Source: Clostridia bacterium (GTDB lineage Bacteria; Bacillota; Clostridia; Oscillospirales; CAG-272). Taken from it: a stretch of DNA of 41,652 nt. The translations under genes and the position numbers were made by a program. The notes below the pieces were generated by a model. It saw nothing but the letters and a program-made list of their open reading frames with translations. It did no database searches and was not told the DNA's origin. Positions 8,757 through 17,127 of this stretch are shown here, piece by piece. The stretch is taken from positions 1-41,652 of the forward strand of contig JAFZET010000279.1 in assembly GCA_017560565.1 (NCBI GenBank), in the 5' to 3' direction. Every line of letters begins with the position of its first letter. Position 1 is the first letter of the stretch.

Positions 8757-11700
8757 TTACAACAGAGCCCGGAAATACCGCATCCGGATCTTCTGACGCC
8801 AGCTCAGACCGGCGTAAGCACCCTTGGTCAGGTCTTCCATGTACTTGCCCAGAGTGTTCAGATCCTGCCAGGACAGGGTTCCGCCGAACTCTTCCCGCTC
8901 GATGATTTCCATGATCCGGCTCAGTTCACAGGAGGACAGAGAACCGAATTCCTCCGACAGTCTTTCCGCATATTCCATAGGCTGTTCACCCAGCTCATTG
9001 GGTCTTCCCAGCCCTCTGAATACCGCAAAGATACAGTCGATGATGGCTCGGGAAGTCTTGTGGATATCCACTCTTCCCGCCACATAGTCATGCCGGTCTT
9101 CCGTCATCCGGATCAGCTTTTCACGCTTGTCCGCCGCCCGTTCCGCACGCTTCTTCAGAACCCAGGAAACCAGAGAGAACAGTCCCAGAATGCCCACAGC
9201 CACAGCAATGCAGATGAGGATTTCTCTGGTGTAGTCCTCTTCTTCTTCTTCCAGCTCTTCCTCTTCGGTTTCGTACGAATCGGAGCCGCCGGTGTATCCG
9301 CCGACATTCGAGGAAGTGGAACCGGAGGTGGATTCGGAATAGTCTTCGTCGTAGATGGCTTCACAGAAGGAAGGAGTGGTTTCGTACTGGATCCAGCCCA
9401 TATCGGGATAATATACTTCCACCCAGGCATGGGCATCGCTGTCCCGCACCGCCGCACGATACCGGGCTACGGCATCAGCCGCATAGGTTCTGGTAAAGCC
9501 GTCGGCAATGTACCCTTCGGTATACCGTACCGCAAAACCAAGCTCTCTGAGCAGCCCCACGGCAGAGGTGGCAAAGTGTACGCAGTACCCTTCCTTCACT
9601 TCAAACAGGAAGGATTCCAGACTGCTGTCCCATGCCAGATCGGGAATCTCGGTAACAACACCCTCCTCGTCCACCACGGTAGTGGTAGGCACTTCGGGTT
9701 CCAGCGTATAGGTGTAGTTGTCTCTGAGGTAATCGATCACTGCCATAATGGCATTGTGTCTGGGCACCTCTGCGCCGGTAGCCGCATCACGGAACCAGCT
9801 GTCGCCGATCTCCGGCACGGTGATGATGTATTCTTCCTCGGTTTCGGAATCCACCTTGGTGACTTCCACAGTGCTTCTTTCCACCATGGTAATCCCGGCA
9901 TCCGCCAGAATCTGATCCGCAAGTTCGGCAATGGCTTCACTGCCGAAAGTACCGGTGTAGGTTTCCATGGCATAGTTCCGGTATGCCAGTTCTTTTTCAT
10001 GGGCACGGAGGAAGGCTTTCTGTTCCGCTTCTTCCATGGACAGATACCGGTACATCAGACTGTCACCGTCCCAGCGATAGTTCAGTTCGCTCTTTGCCCA
10101 GGATTCATAGTCCGTAATCATAGCGGACCAGTCGGCATAGTATTCTTCCCCGTTGGTCACTACATAGGCAAATCCGTCTTCCGCACTCAGGGGGATACCC
10201 TGTTCTGCGGCAGTCTCCACAGTACGAATTTCTTCCGCCAGTTCCACTGCACGGTTGTAGTAATCAATGGATTTTTCCATATTCTCACCCACAGCCGGAT
10301 CTTTCATGACCGGAATGAAGGCAGAGACGGAATATCCGTCATCTATCCCGAAGAAACGTGAGGAATAGATACCATCATAATAGGCGGAATACTTCAGCTT
10401 TACAGGCTCGATGCTGCCGTATTCCATAATCTTGAGGTTGGTATTCATGACAGCCGGTACAAACAGCAGCTTGCTGGAACCCGCCGCCCGGCGCAGGTTC
10501 ACCTGGAACACACGGAACCCATAGGCATCCAGATTCCGGTACTGGTCAAACCGGGTCACATCCACAGACTTGGGATATACATATCCGTTGAAAGCAGTGC
10601 TGATGCTGTCCGGGGTATAGGTACTGCCAAAACGGCTTCTGTATTCCAGCACCTGTTCCGCATCCGCAGATGTCCATGAGTCGGTTTCCATATCATAGTT
10701 CATCCCCATCCAGCTGCGCAGATATACGGGAGCCGCATATCCCGCATCCGCCGTGAAGATCCGCTGACCGGTAAACTGAGGAGAATCAAAGCTCACCGTT
10801 CTGGGATTCAGTTCGGACACGCCGCCGTACAGCGACAGGGAGTTCAGGTCAACATCGTCCCCCATCAGATACGCCGTCACATACATACGGGCGATCTGCA
10901 TCCGGTTGTTGATGGCATCAATGATAGGAAAGTTTTCTTCAATAGCCGTCAGCGGGAGCCAGATGACAAGGAACGCCGCCACAATGGCCATAGTTCCCAC
11001 AAAACCGCCGCCGGCGATCTTTTTGTTGCCTTCCAGCCGCTTTTTCCGTGCTTCCGACAGCTTCTCCAGCCACAGAGTCTTCTTCGCTGTCCAGGTCTCC
11101 GCCTTCTTCACACGGTCTGCCGCTTTTCTTTCCGCCTGAGCCGCCTTATCCTTTACGACTGCTTTTTTCTGGGCAGCCGCTGCGGTTCGGGCATCCTTTC
11201 TGGCTTTCTTTGCCGCCAGTTTCGCCGCTTTTGCTTCTGCCTTCCGGTTCTTTTCTGCCGCCGCAGAAGCCAGTTTTTCATTCTTTTTCCGTTCCGTTTC
11301 GGCTTTCTTTACCTTTTTCCGGGCTGCAGCCGCTTCTTTGGCACTGCCGCCATCCCGGATCACGGTCAGATATGCCAGCCGCAGGCGGGTCTTATACTGT
11401 TTTTTCTGTTCTTTCACTGCCAGCTTTGCAGCTTTTTTGTCTGCCTTCCGCTTGGCACGCGCCGCCGCTCTTGCCTTCTGTTTTTCCGTACCGATAGCAT
11501 ACCGGCGGTCGTACAGATACAGACAGAGCATACCGCACAGGGAGGTCAGCACCCAGGCAAAGCCCTTGTTGGTAGCGGTGATATTGAACATGAACACCGG
11601 CACCATCTCGGACACCAGCAGAATGGTAACAAGAACCGGTCTCACCCGCCGCAGCAGAGCGATGGCAAACAGCACACCGTATACCGCCATGATCAGCAGA

Positions 11701-12299
11701 ACACCGTGCTTTACCATCTCTTCCGTCCAGCCGGCAAACTGATATACCCCTTCATAACAGTATTTCACATAAGCCGTATACCCGATCTCCGCCAGATTCT
11801 GCAGTGCCACATCCGCTGTCATCCGGATGGATTCAAACATAAACCGGAAGGGCAGTACGAACCTGCAGAAATACAGGAATCCGCCGGCAGCCCCGGCAAT
11901 GGGAAGCAGAGTCAGGGTCAGCCGGTTCCAGGCACAGGCTGAGAAAAACAGAGCCAGCAGGGCAGCAGCCAGCAGAAGGAATGTGGTTTCCAGCGTGACC
12001 TCCGAGGTGGGGCGTTTATTGGTCAGCTCCACCAGCCGCAGGGCATCGCAGAGAAACAGCATCGTTCCGTAAATGGCGGAAAACAGTACAAACGCTCTGG
12101 TAAGCCAGCCCACCAGACACATCATACCGCTCATGTCCGATGCGGGGGAAACCGACATGGAACGTCCGATCACCCTGCGGTCTTCTTTCCGCAGAGCCGT
12201 CAGCCGTTCCTCCACTTTCCGGGACAACGGTACTTCCGTTTTCTTCCGCCCGGAAAAGAGACGCAGTTTCGGTAAACTTGGACTCCATCGTATATTCAT
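8757..12299 (-). CDS. Large multi-pass membrane transglutaminase-like protein (1180 aa) with a Lys/Ala-rich insert
   Basis: The transglutaminase core reads KEGYCVHFATSAVGLLRELGFAVRYTEGY...DAHAWVEVYYPDMGWIQYETTP. Several N-terminal TM segments are present. A charged segment spans aa ~271-428 (KARAAARAKRKADKKAAKLAVKEQKK...). An acidic run YETEEEELEEEEEDY (9231-9275) precedes a late TM segment. RBS AAGGAAG lies upstream of the ATG at 12299. Confidence 0.85.
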   Translation of the reverse strand: MNIRWSPSLPKLRLFSGRKKTEVPLSRKVEERLTALRKEDRRVIGRSMSVSPASDMSGMMCLVGWLTRAFVLFSAIYGTMLFLCDALRLVELTNKRPTSEVTLETTFLLLAAALLALFFSACAWNRLTLTLLPIAGAAGGFLYFCRFVLPFRFMFESIRMTADVALQNLAEIGYTAYVKYCYEGVYQFAGWTEEMVKHGVLLIMAVYGVLFAIALLRRVRPVLVTILLVSEMVPVFMFNITATNKGFAWVLTSLCGMLCLYLYDRRYAIGTEKQKARAAARAKRKADKKAAKLAVKEQKKQYKTRLRLAYLTVIRDGGSAKEAAAARKKVKKAETERKKNEKLASAAAEKNRKAEAKAAKLAAKKARKDARTAAAAQKKAVVKDKAAQAERKAADRVKKAETWTAKKTLWLEKLSEARKKRLEGNKKIAGGGFVGTMAIVAAFLVIWLPLTAIEENFPIIDAINNRMQIARMYVTAYLMGDDVDLNSLSLYGGVSELNPRTVSFDSPQFTGQRIFTADAGYAAPVYLRSWMGMNYDMETDSWTSADAEQVLEYRSRFGSTYTPDSISTAFNGYVYPKSVDVTRFDQYRNLDAYGFRVFQVNLRRAAGSSKLLFVPAVMNTNLKIMEYGSIEPVKLKYSAYYDGIYSSRFFGIDDGYSVSAFIPVMKDPAVGENMEKSIDYYNRAVELAEEIRTVETAAEQGIPLSAEDGFAYVVTNGEEYYADWSAMITDYESWAKSELNYRWDGDSLMYRYLSMEEAEQKAFLRAHEKELAYRNYAMETYTGTFGSEAIAELADQILADAGITMVERSTVEVTKVDSETEEEYIITVPEIGDSWFRDAATGAEVPRHNAIMAVIDYLRDNYTYTLEPEVPTTTVVDEEGVVTEIPDLAWDSSLESFLFEVKEGYCVHFATSAVGLLRELGFAVRYTEGYIADGFTRTYAADAVARYRAAVRDSDAHAWVEVYYPDMGWIQYETTPSFCEAIYDEDYSESTSGSTSSNVGGYTGGSDSYETEEEELEEEEEDYTREILICIAVAVGILGLFSLVSWVLKKRAERAADKREKLIRMTEDRHDYVAGRVDIHKTSRAIIDCIFAVFRGLGRPNELGEQPMEYAERLSEEFGSLSSCELSRIMEIIEREEFGGTLSWQDLNTLGKYMEDLTKGAYAGLSWRQKIRMRYFRALL

Positions 12300-12334
12300 A
12301 GGATACTTCCTTAAATGTTAGATTTTAAGTAACC

Positions 12335-12591
12335 GATGATTAACTATATCATGCAATCGAAAACATCATGCAATCGAAAACCGGCTACGGCGGGAGCAGC
12401 CGGGATTCCATTATGGAACCCGTGGAACCTGCGAGCTCGCTCCACTATTTCTCATGTCTTGGATATACAATATCCAGAAGCACATGGAATTGCAGATACT
12501 ATATCCAGTGAAAAACTTGTTTAAAGTTTTTTGCCAGGCTTTTTTTCAAAAAAGCCGCGTTCCCCTTTCACAAACAGTTTAGTTAATCATC
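12335..12591. repeat. Intergenic element bounded by inverted repeats and dense in hairpins (MITE-like or structured-RNA candidate)
   Basis: A perfect 12-bp IR, GATGATTAACTA (12335-12346) and TAGTTAATCATC (12580-12591), encloses 233 bp. The interior holds several hairpins and a tandem duplication. It is AT-richer than the flanking coding DNA. Confidence 0.5.
12348..12381. repeat. Perfect 17-bp tandem duplication
   Basis: ATCATGCAATCGAAAAC occurs at 12348-12364 and again at 12365-12381. On the minus strand each copy carries TTGCAT. Confidence 0.9.
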
Positions 12592-12597
12592 ATTGAC

Positions 12598-14253
12598 TTA
12601 ACCGTTATGTACTTCCTTCAGTACCGTACCGGTTTCGTCCGTTTCCGGTGCCAGTTCCGTCAGATCCACACCGTCCTTTGCCAGCTGGATCCGGCTCATG
12701 GCAACGTATTCCCGGCGGAGAGCAATGCTTTCATACCGGTCTTCCGGATTGAACAGAAGCACTTCCGCCAGACAGCCGCTGCCCGCACCGCCGAACAGAC
12801 TGGGGATCGCCCCATACTGCCCCAGAGACACAGGATCCAGATGGGAACTGCAGATCCGGATGGTCACATTCAGGGATTCCGTGATCAGCGGCAGCATTTT
12901 TTCCATAGTCTGGTGCTCGTCGCAGGGAGGGGTTGTGGCAAAGGTTTCATACAGTGCCGTAAAGTCTTCCGGACAGGTGAGCACTGCCGCGGCAATCCCG
13001 TCATCCATCCGGGAATCCGTCCAGATCAGCGTCACTTCATTGCCCAGCCGCAGTTCGTTTTCCACCACGGCAATGGCCATTTCCGCCACACCATCGGCAC
13101 AGTATTCATTCATGTCGTCCCGGTATTTTGCCTGAATCCGGCCGCCCATGGCAAGAGACGCCCGTTCTTCCTCGACAGACACCTGGGGCTTCTGTTCCTT
13201 TTTGCCGGAGAGCGCTTCTTCCAGCTTCAGAACCTGCTTCGCCGCATTTTCTCTGCGCTTTTCGTCCAGCTTGTCCCGCAGGATCCCGGTTGCCGTAGGT
13301 TCCGCAGTCCCTGAGATCAGCTCATCGATCATAGCCGCGTCCGCATCCCCCACAGCCGTTCTGCCTTTGCGTTTTTTGCTCTTTTTTTCCTTATCCGGCA
13401 TCGTGAAATCCAGTTTTGCCGGTTCTTTTTCCTTCTTTTCGGTTTTCTTTGCTTCCTTTTCCTCTTCCGGTGCAAACACTTCCGGCGGGATGGCTCTGGA
13501 GAAATCACAGAGGACATACACCTGACGGGAAGTATTGGTATTGAATTCCTTGACCATCAGCGTGTTCGGCGTCTTGGAGGAAAGCTTCCAGTGGATCGCC
13601 TTCAGAGCATCTCCGGGCACATATTCCCGGATGTTGCCGATTTCCGCCTTTTCGGTAGAAAACAGCAGAGCCGCATGGTCGTTGGGAATATCAGTGGCGG
13701 AGGTCTTCGTTTTCCGCTGTGCACTCAGTCTGCGGGGCATCACCAGAATGTTGGTGTAGATATCCACCGGCAGATACATACTGAAAATATGCAGAAAGTC
13801 AGCAATGTAGATACATTCCATCCCCACTTCGTATGTGCCTCTGTAAGGGAACAGAGTCTCTTCCTTCAGCGTACAGCTGCCCAGCGAGATCAGGGAAACC
13901 TTCATAACCCGGCTTTCGCAGCGGATCCCGTCGTCCTGGGGCATCTGCAGAATCGCTTCCACAAAGGGGAACACCAGCGGCGTAGGATTGATCACCCGCA
14001 TTTCATAAGGAACCGGGGTCATTTTCTCCACTCTTGTCTGATCCGCCTGCACAAAGACCTGAATCGTCAGCCGCCCGATCAGCACATACAGAAAGGATAC
14101 CGGCAGATACAGGAACAGAAACCAGAAAAGCAGAGAGGAAGCGGGTGAACGGAGTGCCTGGGTAAACACAACGGCAAACACCAGAAGCAGTCCGTACAGC
14201 ACAGCCCCTTTATGCAGCCGGAGAAAAGGCCGGCGCTTGCTTGTTTCTTTCAT
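12598..14253 (-). CDS. DUF58 (vWA-like) protein with N-terminal TM segments and a Lys/Glu-rich insert
   Basis: The DUF58 signature IREYVPGDALKAIHWKLSSKTPNTLMVKEFNT is followed by YVLCDFS. A charged insert of ~105 aa spans aa ~261-365 (EEEKEAKKTEKKEKEPAK...KEKKSKKRKGR...). The gene is adjacent to a MoxR ATPase. Confidence 0.85.
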   Translation of the reverse strand: MKETSKRRPFLRLHKGAVLYGLLLVFAVVFTQALRSPASSLLFWFLFLYLPVSFLYVLIGRLTIQVFVQADQTRVEKMTPVPYEMRVINPTPLVFPFVEAILQMPQDDGIRCESRVMKVSLISLGSCTLKEETLFPYRGTYEVGMECIYIADFLHIFSMYLPVDIYTNILVMPRRLSAQRKTKTSATDIPNDHAALLFSTEKAEIGNIREYVPGDALKAIHWKLSSKTPNTLMVKEFNTNTSRQVYVLCDFSRAIPPEVFAPEEEKEAKKTEKKEKEPAKLDFTMPDKEKKSKKRKGRTAVGDADAAMIDELISGTAEPTATGILRDKLDEKRRENAAKQVLKLEEALSGKKEQKPQVSVEEERASLAMGGRIQAKYRDDMNEYCADGVAEMAIAVVENELRLGNEVTLIWTDSRMDDGIAAAVLTCPEDFTALYETFATTPPCDEHQTMEKMLPLITESLNVTIRICSSHLDPVSLGQYGAIPSLFGGAGSGCLAEVLLFNPEDRYESIALRREYVAMSRIQLAKDGVDLTELAPETDETGTVLKEVHNG

Positions 14254-14268
14254 GCCGCGTGCCCTTTC

Positions 14269-15330
14269 TTACTGTTCGTCCTTCTTTTTCCGTTCCGTAT
14301 ACCGTTCGCCGTGGAAAGGCACCTCGGTACCTCTGAGCAGCTCGGCCAGAACCCCCTCGGGCGTTTCTCTGTTCAGTCTTGCTTCCTGGCTCAGTACAAT
14401 ACGGTGGGCAATACCGGGAGCGAATACGAAAGCTACATCTTCCGGCTTCACATAGTCCCGTTCCTTGAGGAAAGCATAGGCCTGTGCCAGCTTCATGATC
14501 AGCAGGGATGCACGGGGGGAAGCACCCAGAGACAGCTTTCTGGATTTTCTGGTAGCATGGGTCAGGCTGACAATGTATTCCGCAATCTCAGGCGCCACGG
14601 TCACGTTCTGCACCATGGCACGGAGCATACGGATGGTTTCCATATCGGTCACCGGACGTACCTTTTCCAGAGGATTGGCGGTACGTCTGTCGGAGATGAT
14701 CTGTACTTCTTCCTGCAGGGTGGGATAGCCCATGGACAGCTTCAGGGCAAAACGGTCCAGCTGTGCTTCCGGCAGAGGATAGGTACCAACGTAACCCGTG
14801 GGGTTCTGGGTAGCAATAACCATGAACGGATCCGGTACGGGATAGGTCACACCGTCCACCGTTACCTTGGCTTCTTCCATGGCTTCCAGCAGTGCAGACT
14901 GGGTCTTGGGGGAAGCACGGTTGATTTCATCCGCCAGCAGTACGTTGGTCATAACCAGACCTTCATTGAACTCAAACTGTTCCTTCTGTCTGTTATATAC
15001 ATTAAAACCGGTAATGTCGGACGCCATTACGTCAGGGGTGAACTGTGCTCTGTTGAAATCCAGCCCTGCGGCTTTGGCCAGTGCAGCAGCCAGGGTGGTT
15101 TTGCCGGTACCGGGTACGTCTTCGATCAGCACATGACCGCCGGACAGCATGGATGTCACCAGCAGCACGATCTCGTTGTGCTTACCGATAACAACCTTTT
15201 CCACTTCGGCAATCAGTGCCTTGGCTCTCTGGGAAAGTGCGGATACTTCCGGATTCACCTGTTCTTTCATTTCACGGATTTCTTCTGCCATACGTTTCCG
15301 GACTGCTTCTGTCGGAGAAATGCAGCCCAT
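14269..15330 (-). CDS. MoxR-family AAA+ ATPase
   Basis: Walker A is VPGTGKTTLA and Walker B is LLADEINRASPKTQSALLEAMEE. VIATQNP and the C-terminal GASPRASL are typical of AAA_3/MoxR. The start is ambiguous. The ATG at 15330 abuts GGAGG with zero spacing, and the ATG at 15291 (MAEEIRE) is an alternative. Confidence 0.9.
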   Translation of the reverse strand: MGCISPTEAVRKRMAEEIREMKEQVNPEVSALSQRAKALIAEVEKVVIGKHNEIVLLVTSMLSGGHVLIEDVPGTGKTTLAAALAKAAGLDFNRAQFTPDVMASDITGFNVYNRQKEQFEFNEGLVMTNVLLADEINRASPKTQSALLEAMEEAKVTVDGVTYPVPDPFMVIATQNPTGYVGTYPLPEAQLDRFALKLSMGYPTLQEEVQIISDRRTANPLEKVRPVTDMETIRMLRAMVQNVTVAPEIAEYIVSLTHATRKSRKLSLGASPRASLLIMKLAQAYAFLKERDYVKPEDVAFVFAPGIAHRIVLSQEARLNRETPEGVLAELLRGTEVPFHGERYTERKKKDEQ

Positions 15331-15397
15331 CCTCCTTTTGCAATTTTTTGTTATATTGAATAAATTATACCGATTACAGGATCGCTGTTCTATATCT

Positions 15398-15426
15398 ATC
15401 ATACCATACAGGGCAGATAAATACAA
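15398..15426 (-). promoter_or_regulatory. Sigma-A-type promoter for the MoxR operon
   Basis: Minus strand reads TTGTAT (15426-15421), a 17-nt spacer, then TATGAT (15403-15398) with TGg extended -10. Confidence 0.5.
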
Positions 15427-15488
15427 CAGTCATTTTTTATTTTTGAAAGGTTTCGGAAATTCTTACAAAAATTTTTTCTCATTTCTTG

Positions 15489-15517
15489 TTGTATTGCCCA
15501 AAGGTTTGTGCTATACT
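15489..15517 (+). promoter_or_regulatory. Sigma-A-type promoter for the GlpA-like operon
   Basis: TTGTAT (15489-15494), a 17-nt spacer, then TATACT (15512-15517) with TGc extended -10. It is divergent from the MoxR promoter. Confidence 0.5.
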
Positions 15518-15552
15518 TATGATAGGAAAGGTTGTTTCCGGTCGTATATGCC

Positions 15553-15578
15553 GGAATCCTGGCAGATTCTGCCTTTTT
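15553..15578 (+). promoter_or_regulatory. Possible leader attenuator (small terminator-like hairpin with an overlapping alternative stem)
   Basis: GGCAG-att-CTGCC followed by TTTTT occupies 15561-15578. The alternative stem GGAATC (15553-15558) with GATTCt (15565-15570) overlaps its 5' arm. The stems are short, so this is tentative. Confidence 0.3.
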
Positions 15579-15660
15579 AACCTTTCGGAAACGCTCCGTC
15601 CCCTCTGTTTCCGGGCAGTGTCCGCAGACGGAGAGAAGACAGAAAGGCAAGTAAAAACGG

Positions 15661-17127
15661 ATGATTTATGATGTATTGATTATCGGCGCCGGGGTCACCG
15701 GGGTAATGACCGCCCGGTACCTTTCCGGCAAAACCTGTTCTGTAGCCGTATGTGAAGCCGGTTGTGATGTTGCCATGGGTGCCACCCGTGCCAACTCCGC
15801 CATCGTGCACGCCGGGTATGACTGCAAGCCCGGTACCCTGAAAGCACGCCTCAATGTACGGGGCAACAAGCTCATGAAGGAGATCGCCAAAGAGCTTGGC
15901 GTGGACTGCAAAGCTGTCGGTTCCCATGTAGTCGGTTTCGGGGAAGAGGATGCAAAGCACCTGAAGGAACTGTACGAAAAAGGGCTTGCCAACGGCGTAC
16001 CGGATCTGCGCATCATCGGTCAGGATGAGCTGCGTGCCCTGGAACCGAATATTTCCGCCGAGGCATCCATGTCTCTCTGGGCTCCCTCCGCCGCCATCAC
16101 CTGCCCCTACGGGCTCACCATCGCCGCCGCAGAATGCGCTGCCACCAACGGCGTGGATTTCTATCTGAACTTCAAAGTGACCGATTCTTCCAGAGCCGGT
16201 GACATTTACTATATTTCAAGCGGCGAAAATACCATTGCCGCCCGGTATGTGGTCAACTGCGCCGGTGTCCATTCCGCAGAAGTAGCGGAAATTCTCGGGG
16301 AACTGGATTTCCCCATCCGGATCCAGCCCCGCCGCGGCGAATACATCGTGCTGGACAAAACCTGCGGCAGCATGGCAAAGTCCACCCTGTTTGTAGTTCC
16401 TTCCAGCAAAGGGAAAGGGATCCTGGTCAGCCCCACCATCGACGGAAACCTGCTCATCGGTCCCAACGCCTACGCCATCGATGATCCGGACGACACCAAT
16501 ACCACAACACCCGGTCTGCAGGAGATCACAGACGGTGCCCTGCGGCTTATGCCCTCCGTGGATATCCGCAACGCCATCACCTCCTTCTCCGGCGTCCGTC
16601 CCACCCCCAACATCTACGATTTCTACATCAAAAACTCCGAGCAGCTGCCGGGTGTTGTCCATGCGGTAGGCGTGGAATCCCCCGGATTTGCCTCCGGTCC
16701 TGCCACAGCCGAATACATCGCCGAGCTGCTGGCTGATGCAGGTCTGCAGTACACGGACAGAGATGACTTTATTCCCACCAGAAGAAAAGACGGCAACCCG
16801 AAGCTGTTCCGGGATATGACCGACGAAGAAAAGAACGAAGCCATCCGGAAAAATCCCGCTTACGGGAAGATCATCTGCCGGTGCGAAACGGTCACCGAGG
16901 GTGATATTCTGGATGCACTGAACTCCCCCATCCCCGCCGTGACCCTGGATATGCAGAAGAGCCGGAACCGGAGCGGTATGGGTCGGTGTCAGGGCGGCTT
17001 CTGTTCTCCCCGTGTGGTTTCCATCATTGCAGAACATGAAAATTACGGTCTGGAAAACGTCACCAAAAGAGGCGGCGGATCCTGGCTGATCGTACCCAAG
17101 AACAAAAAGGAAGGAGACGCAGAATGA
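15661..17127 (+). CDS. FAD-dependent glycerol-3-phosphate dehydrogenase/oxidase-like protein (GlpA/DAO family) with a BFD-like [2Fe-2S] domain
   Basis: The FAD dinucleotide fold reads MIYDVLIIGAGVTGVMTARYLS. ATRANSAIVHAGYD is present. The C-terminal CRCETVTEGDILDAL...CQGGFC is the BFD-like iron-sulfur motif. Confidence 0.85.
   Translation: MIYDVLIIGAGVTGVMTARYLSGKTCSVAVCEAGCDVAMGATRANSAIVHAGYDCKPGTLKARLNVRGNKLMKEIAKELGVDCKAVGSHVVGFGEEDAKHLKELYEKGLANGVPDLRIIGQDELRALEPNISAEASMSLWAPSAAITCPYGLTIAAAECAATNGVDFYLNFKVTDSSRAGDIYYISSGENTIAARYVVNCAGVHSAEVAEILGELDFPIRIQPRRGEYIVLDKTCGSMAKSTLFVVPSSKGKGILVSPTIDGNLLIGPNAYAIDDPDDTNTTTPGLQEITDGALRLMPSVDIRNAITSFSGVRPTPNIYDFYIKNSEQLPGVVHAVGVESPGFASGPATAEYIAELLADAGLQYTDRDDFIPTRRKDGNPKLFRDMTDEEKNEAIRKNPAYGKIICRCETVTEGDILDALNSPIPAVTLDMQKSRNRSGMGRCQGGFCSPRVVSIIAEHENYGLENVTKRGGGSWLIVPKNKKEGDAE

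Noticed and set aside
7272-10361. A 1029-aa + strand ORF, the longest + ORF in this part of the track.
   Set aside because: It runs antisense across three well-supported minus-strand genes (hom, mrnC, transglutaminase) and across their intergenic promoter. The translation is R/G/H/P/F-rich with no recognisable motif and no RBS. It is a typical shadow ORF of a GC3-biased genome.
11016-11489. Repetitive-looking DNA (GCC/GCT/CTT/TTT-rich) that might have been a tandem repeat or array.
   Set aside because: I found no exact repeating unit. It is cryptic low complexity encoding the Lys/Ala-rich segment, in frame within the transglutaminase ORF.
12336-12524. A 62-aa + ORF inside the MoxR-operon spacer.
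   Set aside because: It has no RBS and lies on the strand opposite the operon. It crosses the hairpins and the tandem duplication. The region is better explained as non-coding structured or repeat DNA.
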